Below, in pieces: positions 1 to 9,702 of a DNA stretch of 64,000 nucleotides. The translations under genes were made by a program, and so were the position numbers. The DNA comes from a virus, in IMG/VR virus record IMGVR_UViG_3300023184_000101, positions 4,706 to 68,705 of that record; one strand, given 5' to 3'. Position 1 is the stretch's first letter; each line of letters opens with the position of its first letter. A model generated the notes under the pieces. It saw only the letters and a program-made list of their open reading frames with translations. It did no database searches and had not been told where the DNA came from.

Positions 1-28
1 TAGTATTTATTAGTTAAATAAGAATATT

Positions 29-322
29 ATGTCATGTAGTAAATATACTCTAACAAATACAGGTTCCTCAATTGTGAACTTCAGTTATCAAAGATGCGAC
101 GACGCGATGTGGGAATATCAAGTTGAGATTAATCCAAATCAAACAAAAACAATTTGGTTATTAGACCCAACTTATTCAACAGCTTTTTCATCAAGCATTG
201 TTAAAATTGATTTGGGGGCTTTTCCTCCAACAGATAATGGTCCAACCTTAACCCCAACTCATACCCCAACACCAACAGGTACTCCTTCGGTTACTCCTAC
301 ACCAACTCCAACACGTCCTTAA
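29..322 (+). CDS. Small putative virion-associated protein with C-terminal Thr/Pro (mucin-like) tail
   Basis: 97 aa ORF with a beta-rich N-terminal part followed by PTLTPTHTPTPTGTPSVTPTPTPTRP. A TATTTAT motif lies upstream at 4-10. Confidence 0.6.
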   Translation: MSCSKYTLTNTGSSIVNFSYQRCDDAMWEYQVEINPNQTKTIWLLDPTYSTAFSSSIVKIDLGAFPPTDNGPTLTPTHTPTPTGTPSVTPTPTPTRP

Positions 323-353
323 TTTTTTTAATTAAAAATAATTTTATACATTT

Positions 354-382
354 AAACCCTATTCTTTTGGATAGGGTTTTTT
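354..382 (+). terminator. Putative intrinsic terminator
   Basis: AAACCCTAT-N8-ATAGGGTTT inverted repeat followed by T-run, downstream of ORF 29..322. Confidence 0.55.
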
Positions 383-405
383 ATTTTTAAAACAAAATAC
401 AATTA

Positions 406-1674
406 ATGAGCAAAATTTTTATTCAAATCGCATCATATAGGGACCCACAGTTAATCCCAACTTTAAAAGATATGATTGCAAATGCCAAGAAACCAAAAAA
501 TTTGGTTTTTTCAATCGCAAGACAATTCAGTGAAACCGATGGTTTCGATAACCTTGATGAATTCAGAAACGACAAAAGATTTAAAATCTTGGATATTCCT
601 TATCAAGATGCAAGAGGAGTTTGTTGGGCAAGAAATTTAACTCAACAACTATATGGTGGTGAGACTTATACAATGCAAATCGATTCTCACATGAGATTTG
701 TTAAAGATTGGGATGATATCCTGATTAAAATGATAAAGGGGTTGCAAAAGGATGGGTATAAGAAACCTCTACTTACGGGTTATGTACCTTCCTTTGACCC
801 TGATAATGACCCTGCGGGTAGAGCACAAGATGCTTGGAGAATGGCGTTTGATAGATTTATTCCTGAAGGTGCGGTATTCTTTTTACCTGAAACAATTCCT
901 GGATGGAGAGAAATGAAAAAACCTGTAACGGCAAGATTTTATTCGGCTCACTTCTGTTTCACATTAGGTGAATTTTCAAAAGAAGTTCAACACAATCCTG
1001 AATACTATTTCCATGGAGAAGAAATTTCAATCGCAGCAAGAGCTTACACTTGGGGTTATGATTTATTTCATCCTCACATTCCTGTGGTTTACCATGAATA
1101 TACTCGTAAGGGTAGAACAAAACAATGGGACGATGATAAGACTTGGGGTGACAAAAATAAACATTCACATTTAACAAATAGAAAGTTATTTGGAATGGAT
1201 GGCGAAACCCAAGAAGGTCACGATGGTCCTTATGGTTTTGGTACTGTTAGAACATTAAGAGACTATGAAAAATATTCTGGTTTGTTATTTGAAAGAAGAG
1301 CAATCGACAAACATTGTTTAGACAAACAATATCCACCAAGTCCTTATAATTTTGAAACAGAAGAAGAGTGGAAGGATAGTTTTGCAACAATATACAAACA
1401 TTGTATTGACGTTGGTTACACAAGCGTACCTGAAAAAGATTATGATTTTTGGGTGGTTGCATTTCATAATGCTAAAGATGAAACGTTACATAGAAGAGAT
1501 GCAGATAAGAATGAGATTGCTGGTTTCATGAGAGACCCTGACGGATACTGTAAAGTTTGGAGAGAATTCCAAACCACAGAATTACCAACATATTGGGTTG
1601 TTTGGCCTCACTCAGAATCAAAAGGTTGGTGTGATAGATTAACGGGTCAGTTAAACCACAACAACGTTAGTTAA
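406..1674 (+). CDS. Glycosyltransferase, GT60/Gnt1-like (polypeptide N-acetylglucosaminyltransferase, 'GlcNAc' family)
   Basis: Motifs IFIQIASYRDP, ARGVCWAR, QIDSHMRF (DxH) and YFHGEEI...AR.YT.GYD match Skp1/mucin-type polypeptide GlcNAc transferases. No signal peptide seen. Confidence 0.8.
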   Translation: MSKIFIQIASYRDPQLIPTLKDMIANAKKPKNLVFSIARQFSETDGFDNLDEFRNDKRFKILDIPYQDARGVCWARNLTQQLYGGETYTMQIDSHMRFVKDWDDILIKMIKGLQKDGYKKPLLTGYVPSFDPDNDPAGRAQDAWRMAFDRFIPEGAVFFLPETIPGWREMKKPVTARFYSAHFCFTLGEFSKEVQHNPEYYFHGEEISIAARAYTWGYDLFHPHIPVVYHEYTRKGRTKQWDDDKTWGDKNKHSHLTNRKLFGMDGETQEGHDGPYGFGTVRTLRDYEKYSGLLFERRAIDKHCLDKQYPPSPYNFETEEEWKDSFATIYKHCIDVGYTSVPEKDYDFWVVAFHNAKDETLHRRDADKNEIAGFMRDPDGYCKVWREFQTTELPTYWVVWPHSESKGWCDRLTGQLNHNNVS

Positions 1675-2417
1675 TGAAATTTAATGAAATACCAAAGTTT
1701 GTTGTTAATTTAGAAACAAGACCTGATAATCTTGAACTTATAAAAAAAGAGATGGATTATATTGGTTGGGAGTTTGAAAAGTTCAACGCGGTAAATAGAA
1801 ACAGTTATATGGGTTGTACCCTATCTCATTTGGAAATTATTAAAATTGCCAAAGAAAGGGGGTATGATAGAGTTATGGTTATTGAAGACGATTGCGTATT
1901 CATGCCATACGCCAAATCCCTTTTAGATGACATTGAAAAACAAACTGAAGGTATTGAATTTGGTGTGTTTAATATAACTCCGACTTTAAATAGGAAACTT
2001 AATCCGAGCGATAAATATGATTTATTATTAGACATTACAAATATTCCTCCAAAAGAAGAACATCATACTGAAACATTTGCAACAAATATTTTAATCTATG
2101 ATAAGTCAGTATATGACGAAATGTTTAATATTGCTTTGACCGCATTTACTGAATCAGGAGATTATTATTTTCCAATAGACGGGTACCTTGTTAAATTTAT
2201 TTATCCTAAGTTTCAAAGTTATTGTGCGGTATTACCTATTGCACCACAAAGAAATTCGTATTCTGACGTTTCTCATGGTATGTATAATAACTTCTATACT
2301 CAAACGTATAATTGGAATTTATATTCTCCCAAGAAACTTCCAAACGAATTTAAAAGTGAGCAGGAGAATGAAAAAATAAAAGAAGAAAAAAAACACATTC
2401 AATATTATGTCAGTTAA
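1674..2417 (+). CDS. Glycosyltransferase family 25
   Basis: Hallmark GT25 motifs FVVNLETRPD, GCTLSHL and VMVIEDD. TAATG overlap with the upstream gene. Confidence 0.8.
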   Translation: MKFNEIPKFVVNLETRPDNLELIKKEMDYIGWEFEKFNAVNRNSYMGCTLSHLEIIKIAKERGYDRVMVIEDDCVFMPYAKSLLDDIEKQTEGIEFGVFNITPTLNRKLNPSDKYDLLLDITNIPPKEEHHTETFATNILIYDKSVYDEMFNIALTAFTESGDYYFPIDGYLVKFIYPKFQSYCAVLPIAPQRNSYSDVSHGMYNNFYTQTYNWNLYSPKKLPNEFKSEQENEKIKEEKKHIQYYVS

Positions 2418-3288
2418 ATTTATAACATCGATTTATAGTGATTTACACGGAACAGAATTAGGTGGTAGAACAGGTAGAAATGGTCATTATAGATATAGTT
2501 TATTGTCATTATTAAAAATGACGGATGCTGATTTTTTATGTTATACGTCAGATAGAGAAATAGAATCATTAAAAGAATTTTTCTATACAGATAATAAAAT
2601 TTCAGAAGAAAAATTAAAGTTTCAAATTTTTAATATTAGTGATACTAAATTTAAAGATTTAATTAGTAAAAGAAAAAATATAGACCAAATTAAACAAGGG
2701 GATAGATGTGTTGAGATTCAATACTCTAAGTTTCATTGGTGGTGGAATGAGGATAAATCTTATGATTACTATTATTGGATTGATGCAGGATTTTCTCATT
2801 GTGGGTTAATTCCACCAAAATATTTACTTGGCGAACATCCTCAAGCAAGATATTATGAAAGTAGTTTATTTAGTAATGATTTTTTGAAAAATTTGATTGA
2901 AGATACTGGTGACAAATTTTTAATTTTAGGTAAAGAGAATGATAGGAACTATTGGTCAGGAACTGTGAACCCAAAATGGTATACTGAGTATGATAGAAGT
3001 ATTCACATTATTGGTGGTATGTTTGGTGGTCACAGAGATAAGTGGGATACTATAGTTAGTATGTTTGAAAGTTATATTGAGAATGTATTAACTGAAGATG
3101 AGGGATTACCTCACGAAGAACAAATAATGAGTTTGATGCACGTAAATCATAGAGATTTATTTGTAAGAAAACATTTTGATATATGGTGGTATAAAGGTAA
3201 CTCCCCTTCAGGAGTATCGGACGAGATGTTCGAACAAAATAAAAGTTTTTATAAAATATTAGAAGAATTTAATAGAATTTATGAGTAA
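2407..3288 (+). CDS. HtrL/YibB-like (WlaTC-type) putative glycosyltransferase
   Basis: YYWIDAG, IIGGMFGG and HEEQIMS motifs typical of the HtrL_YibB family. Lies within the GT cluster. Confidence 0.65.
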   Translation: MSVKFITSIYSDLHGTELGGRTGRNGHYRYSLLSLLKMTDADFLCYTSDREIESLKEFFYTDNKISEEKLKFQIFNISDTKFKDLISKRKNIDQIKQGDRCVEIQYSKFHWWWNEDKSYDYYYWIDAGFSHCGLIPPKYLLGEHPQARYYESSLFSNDFLKNLIEDTGDKFLILGKENDRNYWSGTVNPKWYTEYDRSIHIIGGMFGGHRDKWDTIVSMFESYIENVLTEDEGLPHEEQIMSLMHVNHRDLFVRKHFDIWWYKGNSPSGVSDEMFEQNKSFYKILEEFNRIYE

Positions 3289-4951
3289 AATAACTTTAGT
3301 AACCGGTATATGGAATATCGGTAGAGATGAATTACAGGAAGGATGGTCAAGACCATTCCAACATTATTTGGATAAATTTTCTCAATTATTAGAGGTGGAT
3401 ACCAACATGATAATTTTTGGAGAAGAAGAATTAAAAGATTTTGTCTTTAGTAAAAGAAGTAGAGAAAACACTCAATTTATTACAAGACCATTAGATTGGT
3501 TTAGAAACAATGAGTTTTTTGATATGATTCAAAAAATAAGAACTAATGAATCTTGGTCAAACCAAGTTGGTTGGTTAAAAGAATCAACACAAGCAAGATT
3601 GGAAAATTACAATCCTCTTGTAATGTCTAAAGTATTTTTACTTAACGACGCTAAAATCATGGACCAATTCAATTCGGAATATTTGTTTTGGATTGATGGT
3701 GGTTTAACAAATACCGTTCACCCTGGTTACTTTACTCACGATAAAGTTTTAGATAAATTATCTAAACATATTTCTAAATTTTCATTCATTTGTTTCCCTT
3801 ATGATGCTGAAACTGAAATTCATGGATTTGAATATAATAAATTAAATTCAATTGCTGGAGATAAGGTAACAAAAGTTGCTAGAGGTGGTTTCTTTGGTGG
3901 TCCTAAAGATTCTATTAGTGATATTAATGGAATTTACTATTCATTATTAAAGACAACCTTAGATGAGGGATATATGGGTACTGAGGAATCTATTTTCAGT
4001 ATTATGTGTTATAAACATTCTGATATTATAAATTATTTTGATATTGAATCAAATGGTTTAATTGGTAAGTTTTTTGAGGATTTAAAAAATGATACCCTTA
4101 AAACTAAAAATGAAAGTAAGGTTGTTGTAACAAATAATTTGGACACCAATAAAGTTGGTCTATATGTTATAACATTTAACAGCCCAAATCAATTTAGAAC
4201 TTTAATTAAATCAATGACTGAGTATGATAAAGATTACTTACTTAAAACTGAAAAGTTTTTATTAGATAACTCTTCTGACGAATCTACCTTTGAAGAATAC
4301 GCTAAACTTTGCGAAGAACATAACTTTACTCATATCAAAAAAGATAATTTAGGAATATGTGGTGGAAGACAATTTATTGCCGAACATTTTGATACAACAG
4401 ATTTAGATTATTATTTATTCTTTGAAGATGATATGTTTTTCTTTCCAAATGAAGGGGTTTGTAGAAATGGGTTTAATAGATATGTCCCAAACCTATACAC
4501 CAAGTCATTAGAGGTTATGAAAAAAGAAAATTTTGATTTCTTAAAACTTAATTACTCAGAATTTTACGGAGATAATGGAACCCAATGGGCTTGGTATAAT
4601 GTACCTCAACATGTTAGAGAAGAATTTTGGCCAGGTAAAAACAGATTACCTGTTCAAGGGTTAGACCCAAATGCACCAAAAACAGTTTATAGTAATGTCT
4701 TATCCCACAAAGGATTACCTTACTCAGTTGGTGAAGTTTATTACTGTAATTGGCCACAACTTGTTAGTAGACCTGGAAACCAAAAGATGTTTTTAGATGT
4801 GACATGGGCACACCCATTCGAACAAACATGGATGAGTCATATGTATCAGTTAGTTAAAAAAGAGGAATTATATCCTGGATTACTACTTTTAACCCCAACT
4901 GAACATAATAGATTCGAACATTATGACGGGGGTCTTCGTAAAGAGTCATAA
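3281..4951 (+). CDS. Two-domain glycosyltransferase: N-terminal HtrL/YibB-like plus C-terminal GT-A fold
   Basis: N-terminal ITLVTGIWNIGR, FWIDGG, RGGFFGG and GTEESIF. C-terminal LLDNSS, NLGICGGR and FFEDDM (GT2-like DxD region). Confidence 0.7.
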   Translation: MSKITLVTGIWNIGRDELQEGWSRPFQHYLDKFSQLLEVDTNMIIFGEEELKDFVFSKRSRENTQFITRPLDWFRNNEFFDMIQKIRTNESWSNQVGWLKESTQARLENYNPLVMSKVFLLNDAKIMDQFNSEYLFWIDGGLTNTVHPGYFTHDKVLDKLSKHISKFSFICFPYDAETEIHGFEYNKLNSIAGDKVTKVARGGFFGGPKDSISDINGIYYSLLKTTLDEGYMGTEESIFSIMCYKHSDIINYFDIESNGLIGKFFEDLKNDTLKTKNESKVVVTNNLDTNKVGLYVITFNSPNQFRTLIKSMTEYDKDYLLKTEKFLLDNSSDESTFEEYAKLCEEHNFTHIKKDNLGICGGRQFIAEHFDTTDLDYYLFFEDDMFFFPNEGVCRNGFNRYVPNLYTKSLEVMKKENFDFLKLNYSEFYGDNGTQWAWYNVPQHVREEFWPGKNRLPVQGLDPNAPKTVYSNVLSHKGLPYSVGEVYYCNWPQLVSRPGNQKMFLDVTWAHPFEQTWMSHMYQLVKKEELYPGLLLLTPTEHNRFEHYDGGLRKES

Positions 4952-4967
4952 CAATATATTTATTGTT

Positions 4968-5348
4968 ATGGAATTTTATATCAAGAAGAATGCGACCCTA
5001 CCTGTTTTAAAAATGCAGGTTGTTAAAGACGGAAGAGCTGGCTATATCCAACTAATGCAAGATTTGGAAGTATCGACTATTTTCTTTTCAATGGTTGATG
5101 TTTACAACGGTATTCCAAAAATTGTTTCTGCTCCGTGTTATATTGTCCCCCTTATCTTTGCAGAAGACGGGGCACCAACAGAATATTATATTTATTATCA
5201 ATTTAATGAAAGGGATACAAATACACCTGGCAGATATCAAGGTCAATTTTTAATTAAAAATGATGAGGGTAATTTAATTTTACCTATCAGAGAAGACTTG
5301 TATATTAATATCCAAGATAGTTTTATTTCTGAAACTGCGTGTTGTTAA
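4968..5348 (+). CDS. Putative structural protein (BppU/baseplate-upper-like Ig fold)
   Basis: FYIKKNATLP...YQFNERDTNTPGRYQGQF pattern. Start moved from 4923 to ATG 4968, which follows the TATTTAT motif and avoids overlap. Confidence 0.5.
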   Translation: MEFYIKKNATLPVLKMQVVKDGRAGYIQLMQDLEVSTIFFSMVDVYNGIPKIVSAPCYIVPLIFAEDGAPTEYYIYYQFNERDTNTPGRYQGQFLIKNDEGNLILPIREDLYINIQDSFISETACC

Positions 5349-5380
5349 TTTGATTAATCCAAACTAATTTTTATATTTAT
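5349..5380 (+). promoter_or_regulatory. Putative promoter of the DNA polymerase gene (TTTG-N19-TATATTTA)
   Basis: Resembles the Bacteroidota -33 TTTG / -7 TAnnTTTG architecture and contains the recurrent TATTTAT motif. Confidence 0.45.
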
Positions 5381-5438
5381 TAAAGAAGGTAAATTTCACA
5401 TATCGTGAAAGCTAATACACCACTTTAAAAAATATATT

Positions 5439-8237
5439 ATGATATCTGACGAAGAGATTGAATCGTTCCTACACGGAAACGACCCCGAAGAATTTATTGT
5501 CGCCATCGAGTACGACTATCGCGAAAACTGCATTTACAAAATCAAAGAAATCCCTGGTAAAGGAAAAGAAATACGTAAAGATACGTTTACCCCATTTGCG
5601 TGGGTGGGTGATTTACGTGGTATTAAGTTCTATAATGATTCCAAGGCATTACAGAAAGAGGCGATGACCAAACACGGTATCGTCATAGACAAATTAGAAA
5701 CTCACGGTAACGAGAGATTAGAAAAAGGTATGACCTACATGGTTAAATCCCTTAAAGGTTATAGAGAACTTATTCAGTTCTTTAGAGATGGTGGTTGCGA
5801 CCCGTGGGGAGACAGGACAAAGGATAAGGTGATGATTCTACCTCCTGTGGAACAATATTTAATTTCCAAAGAAAAAAGACTATTCAAAGGTTTTGAGAAC
5901 TACGAAGAAGTGACTCGACTTGTATATGACTTAGAAACGACAGCCCTTGACCCAAAGGATGGTCGTATATTCATGATTGGAATTAAAACAAATAAGGGTT
6001 ACCACAAGGTTATCGAATGTATGGATGAGTCCCAAGAGATGGGTGCCATCATAGAATTCTTTAAGATTATTAACGAAATCAAACCAAGTATTATTGGTGG
6101 GTATAACTCAGCGAACTTCGACTGGCATTGGATATTCGAAAGATGTAGAATCTTAGGTATCGACCCAAAGAAGATATGTAAGTCGTTACACCCCGAACAT
6201 TCATTCACAAGAAAGGATAGTATGTTAAAACTTGCCAATGAGGTGGAGGAATATGTTCAGACATCCATTTGGGGTTATAACGTAATTGATATTATCCATG
6301 CTGTTCGTAGAGCTCAAGCGATTAATTCAAGCATCAAAGCTGCGGGTTTAAAGTATATTACAAAATTTATTAATGCTGAAGCTCCTGACCGTGTGTATAT
6401 CGACCACGAGAACATTGGTAAAATGTATACTAACAAAGAAGATTATTGGTTGAATATACAAAACGGTAAATATAGAAAGGCGAAAGTTGACCCAAAGATT
6501 GATGAAGTTTGTGAAAAAAGAACTGACGTTTATATTAAGACAACAGGAGATAATATTGTTGAGAGATATCTTGACGATGACTTGGATGAAACATTAAAAG
6601 TTGACCAAGAGTTTAACCAAGGTTCGTTCTTGCTTGCTGCAATGATTCCAACAACTTATGAGAGAGTATCAACAATGGGTACCGCAACATTATGGAAGAT
6701 GTTAATGTTGGCGTGGTCTCATAAACACGGACTTGCAATACCAGCAAAAGAATCCAAGACAGACTTCGTAGGAGGTCTTTCTCGACTACTTAAGGTTGGT
6801 TATAGTAAGAATGTATTAAAGCTCGACTTTTCGTCTCTATACCCCTCTATTCAGCTCGTACACGATGTGTTCCCCGACTGTGATGTAACAGGTGCAATGA
6901 AAGGTATGTTAAGTTACTTCCGTAACACCCGTATCAAATACAAACAACTTGCTGAAGAGTTTTATAACATCGACCGTAAGAAGTCCGAATCATATGGTAA
7001 CAAACAATTACCGATTAAGATTTTTATTAACTCGATGTTCGGAGCCTTGTCTGCACCTCAGGTGTATGCGTGGGGTGACATGTATATGGGAGAACAAATT
7101 ACTTGTACGGGTAGGCAATACCTTCGTCAAATGATTAAGTTCTTTATGACTAAGGGTTATGTTCCGTTGGTAATGGATACGGATGGTGTGAACTTCTCTA
7201 CTCCTGATGATGCCAAAGACCGAGTTTATGTTGGTCGTGGATTGAATTGGAAGGTAGTGTTGGGTAAAGAATATTATGGTCCTGAGGCCGATGTTGCAGA
7301 GTATAATGATATCTTTATGAGAGGTGAGATGGCTCTTGATACCGATGGGGTGTGGCCGTCTTGTATTAACTTGGCTCGTAAGAACTATGCTGTTATGGAC
7401 TCCAAGGGTAAGATTAAGTTAACCGGTAATAGTATTAAGTCAAAGAAACTTCCATTGTATATTGAGGCGTTCTTGGATAAAGGTATTAAAATGTTATTGG
7501 AAGGTAATGGTAAGGCGTTCGTAGAATACTATTATGAGTATCTACAAATCATTTATGATAAGAAAATTCCATTGAGTAAAATCGCCCAAAGAGCAAAGGT
7601 TAAATTAACCCTTGAGGATTATTCTAAAAGATTAAATACCAAAACTAAAGCGGGTAATAGTATGAGTAGAATGGCTCATATGGAATTGGCAATTAAAGAA
7701 AAATTAAATGTGAACTTGGGAGATGTTATTATGTATGTTAATAACGGTACCAAGGCGTCTCAGGGTGATGTTCAGAAGATGACTGCAAAACAAATTAAAG
7801 ATACGAATTTAGTTAATCAATATAATGACCCTAAATCTAAACCAATCACTGATGGCGTTATGATTAATTGTTATATGTTGGATAAAGATATTTTGGAGAA
7901 AGACCCTGATTTAACAGGTGATTATAATGTTCCAAGAGCGATAACAACATTCAACAAAAGAATTGAACCGTTGATGGTTGTATTCCAAGATGAAGTTAGA
8001 AATCATTTGATTGTTGATAATCCACAGGATAGAGGAATTTTTACAACATCTCAGTGTGAGTTAATAAACGGACATCCGTTAGGTGAAGGTGACCAAGATG
8101 ATTTACAAAAAGATGTTATGGATATAACCGAACCTGAATTACGTTATTGGGAAAAAAGAGGTTTGAAATCTGATTATATGTATGATTTAGCTGAAGAGGG
8201 TTGGAAAGAAAAATTAGGAATTCTTCAAACCGTCTGA
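5439..8237 (+). CDS. polB: DNA polymerase family B with 3'-5' exonuclease domain
   Basis: Exo motifs YDLET and GYNSANFD. Polymerase motifs LDFSSLYPS, KIFINSMFG and MDTDG, plus RKNYA. Confidence 0.95.
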   Translation: MISDEEIESFLHGNDPEEFIVAIEYDYRENCIYKIKEIPGKGKEIRKDTFTPFAWVGDLRGIKFYNDSKALQKEAMTKHGIVIDKLETHGNERLEKGMTYMVKSLKGYRELIQFFRDGGCDPWGDRTKDKVMILPPVEQYLISKEKRLFKGFENYEEVTRLVYDLETTALDPKDGRIFMIGIKTNKGYHKVIECMDESQEMGAIIEFFKIINEIKPSIIGGYNSANFDWHWIFERCRILGIDPKKICKSLHPEHSFTRKDSMLKLANEVEEYVQTSIWGYNVIDIIHAVRRAQAINSSIKAAGLKYITKFINAEAPDRVYIDHENIGKMYTNKEDYWLNIQNGKYRKAKVDPKIDEVCEKRTDVYIKTTGDNIVERYLDDDLDETLKVDQEFNQGSFLLAAMIPTTYERVSTMGTATLWKMLMLAWSHKHGLAIPAKESKTDFVGGLSRLLKVGYSKNVLKLDFSSLYPSIQLVHDVFPDCDVTGAMKGMLSYFRNTRIKYKQLAEEFYNIDRKKSESYGNKQLPIKIFINSMFGALSAPQVYAWGDMYMGEQITCTGRQYLRQMIKFFMTKGYVPLVMDTDGVNFSTPDDAKDRVYVGRGLNWKVVLGKEYYGPEADVAEYNDIFMRGEMALDTDGVWPSCINLARKNYAVMDSKGKIKLTGNSIKSKKLPLYIEAFLDKGIKMLLEGNGKAFVEYYYEYLQIIYDKKIPLSKIAQRAKVKLTLEDYSKRLNTKTKAGNSMSRMAHMELAIKEKLNVNLGDVIMYVNNGTKASQGDVQKMTAKQIKDTNLVNQYNDPKSKPITDGVMINCYMLDKDILEKDPDLTGDYNVPRAITTFNKRIEPLMVVFQDEVRNHLIVDNPQDRGIFTTSQCELINGHPLGEGDQDDLQKDVMDITEPELRYWEKRGLKSDYMYDLAEEGWKEKLGILQTV

Positions 8238-8549
8238 TGATAAGATGTACCATGTACCACCAACAAATCTAAACTCAACACAGGCATATCTGTCCATTAC
8301 TATTTCGTCATAATCCTCATCAATCTTACCTACATCAGGTCTGATTGTGAGGTGTGTCATAGACTTAACTACAACGTGGTCGGTTGTTCTTGAATCAAGA
8401 ACCACAACTGAAAATGGTATGCCTGTTACAATAACACACTCTTCACCGTTTGTGCGATAATCCAACTCCGAAACCATTGAGATTTCTGATGTGGTGATTT
8501 GCATCCCGTTGATAATCCTTCTTGAGGGTATTGTTCTTACTATTGCCAT
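8214..8549 (-). CDS. Hypothetical protein (beta-rich, possibly virion-associated)
   Basis: 111 aa ORF directly downstream of the neck gene on the same strand. Its 3' end overlaps the polB 3' end. Confidence 0.6.
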   Translation of the reverse strand: MAIVRTIPSRRIINGMQITTSEISMVSELDYRTNGEECVIVTGIPFSVVVLDSRTTDHVVVKSMTHLTIRPDVGKIDEDYDEIVMDRYACVEFRFVGGTWYILSSDGLKNS

Positions 8550-8553
8550 AAAA

Positions 8554-9678
8554 TTAGATTACGTAAATTTGACGAGGCATTGCTCTAAATTTCATTTGTT
8601 TGTTTAGGTTTTCAGCAATTTGGGCTTCTCTTTCCATTACTTTTTCAGGTCTTAATCTTGTTAACCAACCTTCAGCACCTGTTAATTCTTCTAATAGTTT
8701 AGATTTTTCGTCTTTAGCTTCTGTTAATAAACTTGTGTAGTCCATTGTAATTTCAGAGTCTGGTGTTTTTAAATTACCACTATACTTACCTCTTACTCTT
8801 GCTAATGTTTCTTTTACATAAGCTGTGAACCATCTTCTAACCCATTGTTTTCCCGGAACATTTAATTCTTCCCACGATAGTTCTTCTAATGGAACATCTG
8901 TTGGAAGTTTAATAACATCTTTGTTTGCCTTAAGACAAGCCGCCCTGTCATCAGGACCTACATCATAATACCAATACCATACTGCTTTTCCAACGTAACC
9001 ACTATATTGATTCCAGTTAAATTTTCCACCAGGTGTATTGTATAAGAAAATATTCTTTTTACCATCAGGTAAACCTGTAATTCTGTAAGTTAATGAACCA
9101 CCTAAAATTCTATTTAGGATATTGGCTTCTTGCATTCTGATTAAATAATCAAAACCCGACATCATATAATAAGAACCTTGATTACCCATTTGAGCAAATC
9201 CTGCTTGGTCAGCACCAAGACCTACACCACCGCCAACACCAGCAAATCCGCCCAAACCAAATGCGGTCCAAGCTTGATTGCTAAACCATAAAAGTTCATT
9301 AACCTCACGACCTGCGGGGATTTCATAGTTTTGTGTGTTAGCACTTAATATAAAATAATCTTTCTTTAATACCCACGGACCCATAGTTTGAAGTCCAACA
9401 ATTTTTGAATATGAATATGCGAACTGTTGTTCAAAATCCATTGTTCTTGTAACCAACGCCTTTGCAACAGATTTTTCAGACATGTTTAAGTTAACAAGGT
9501 TAACCCATTGACTATCAATTAACCATTGTAAAATGTATTCTTCATAATCTTGAATAGATAATTCCATCAAAGAATCCATCATTTCATCTTCGACTTCTAC
9601 ACTTCTCAAAGGAGCACCTAACAGGTGTTTAATTCTCGTGTATATTTTTGACCTTTCTGGTTCTGGAATTACTGCCAT
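8554..9678 (-). CDS. Neck / head-tail adaptor protein (T4 gp13-like)
   Basis: N-terminal IKHLLGAPLRSVEV...SIQDY and C-terminal KETLARVRGKYSG...EAKDEK resemble gp13-like adaptors. Confidence 0.7.
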   Translation of the reverse strand: MAVIPEPERSKIYTRIKHLLGAPLRSVEVEDEMMDSLMELSIQDYEEYILQWLIDSQWVNLVNLNMSEKSVAKALVTRTMDFEQQFAYSYSKIVGLQTMGPWVLKKDYFILSANTQNYEIPAGREVNELLWFSNQAWTAFGLGGFAGVGGGVGLGADQAGFAQMGNQGSYYMMSGFDYLIRMQEANILNRILGGSLTYRITGLPDGKKNIFLYNTPGGKFNWNQYSGYVGKAVWYWYYDVGPDDRAACLKANKDVIKLPTDVPLEELSWEELNVPGKQWVRRWFTAYVKETLARVRGKYSGNLKTPDSEITMDYTSLLTEAKDEKSKLLEELTGAEGWLTRLRPEKVMEREAQIAENLNKQMKFRAMPRQIYVI

Positions 9679-9702
9679 ATCAAATAAATATCATCAAAAC
9701 GT

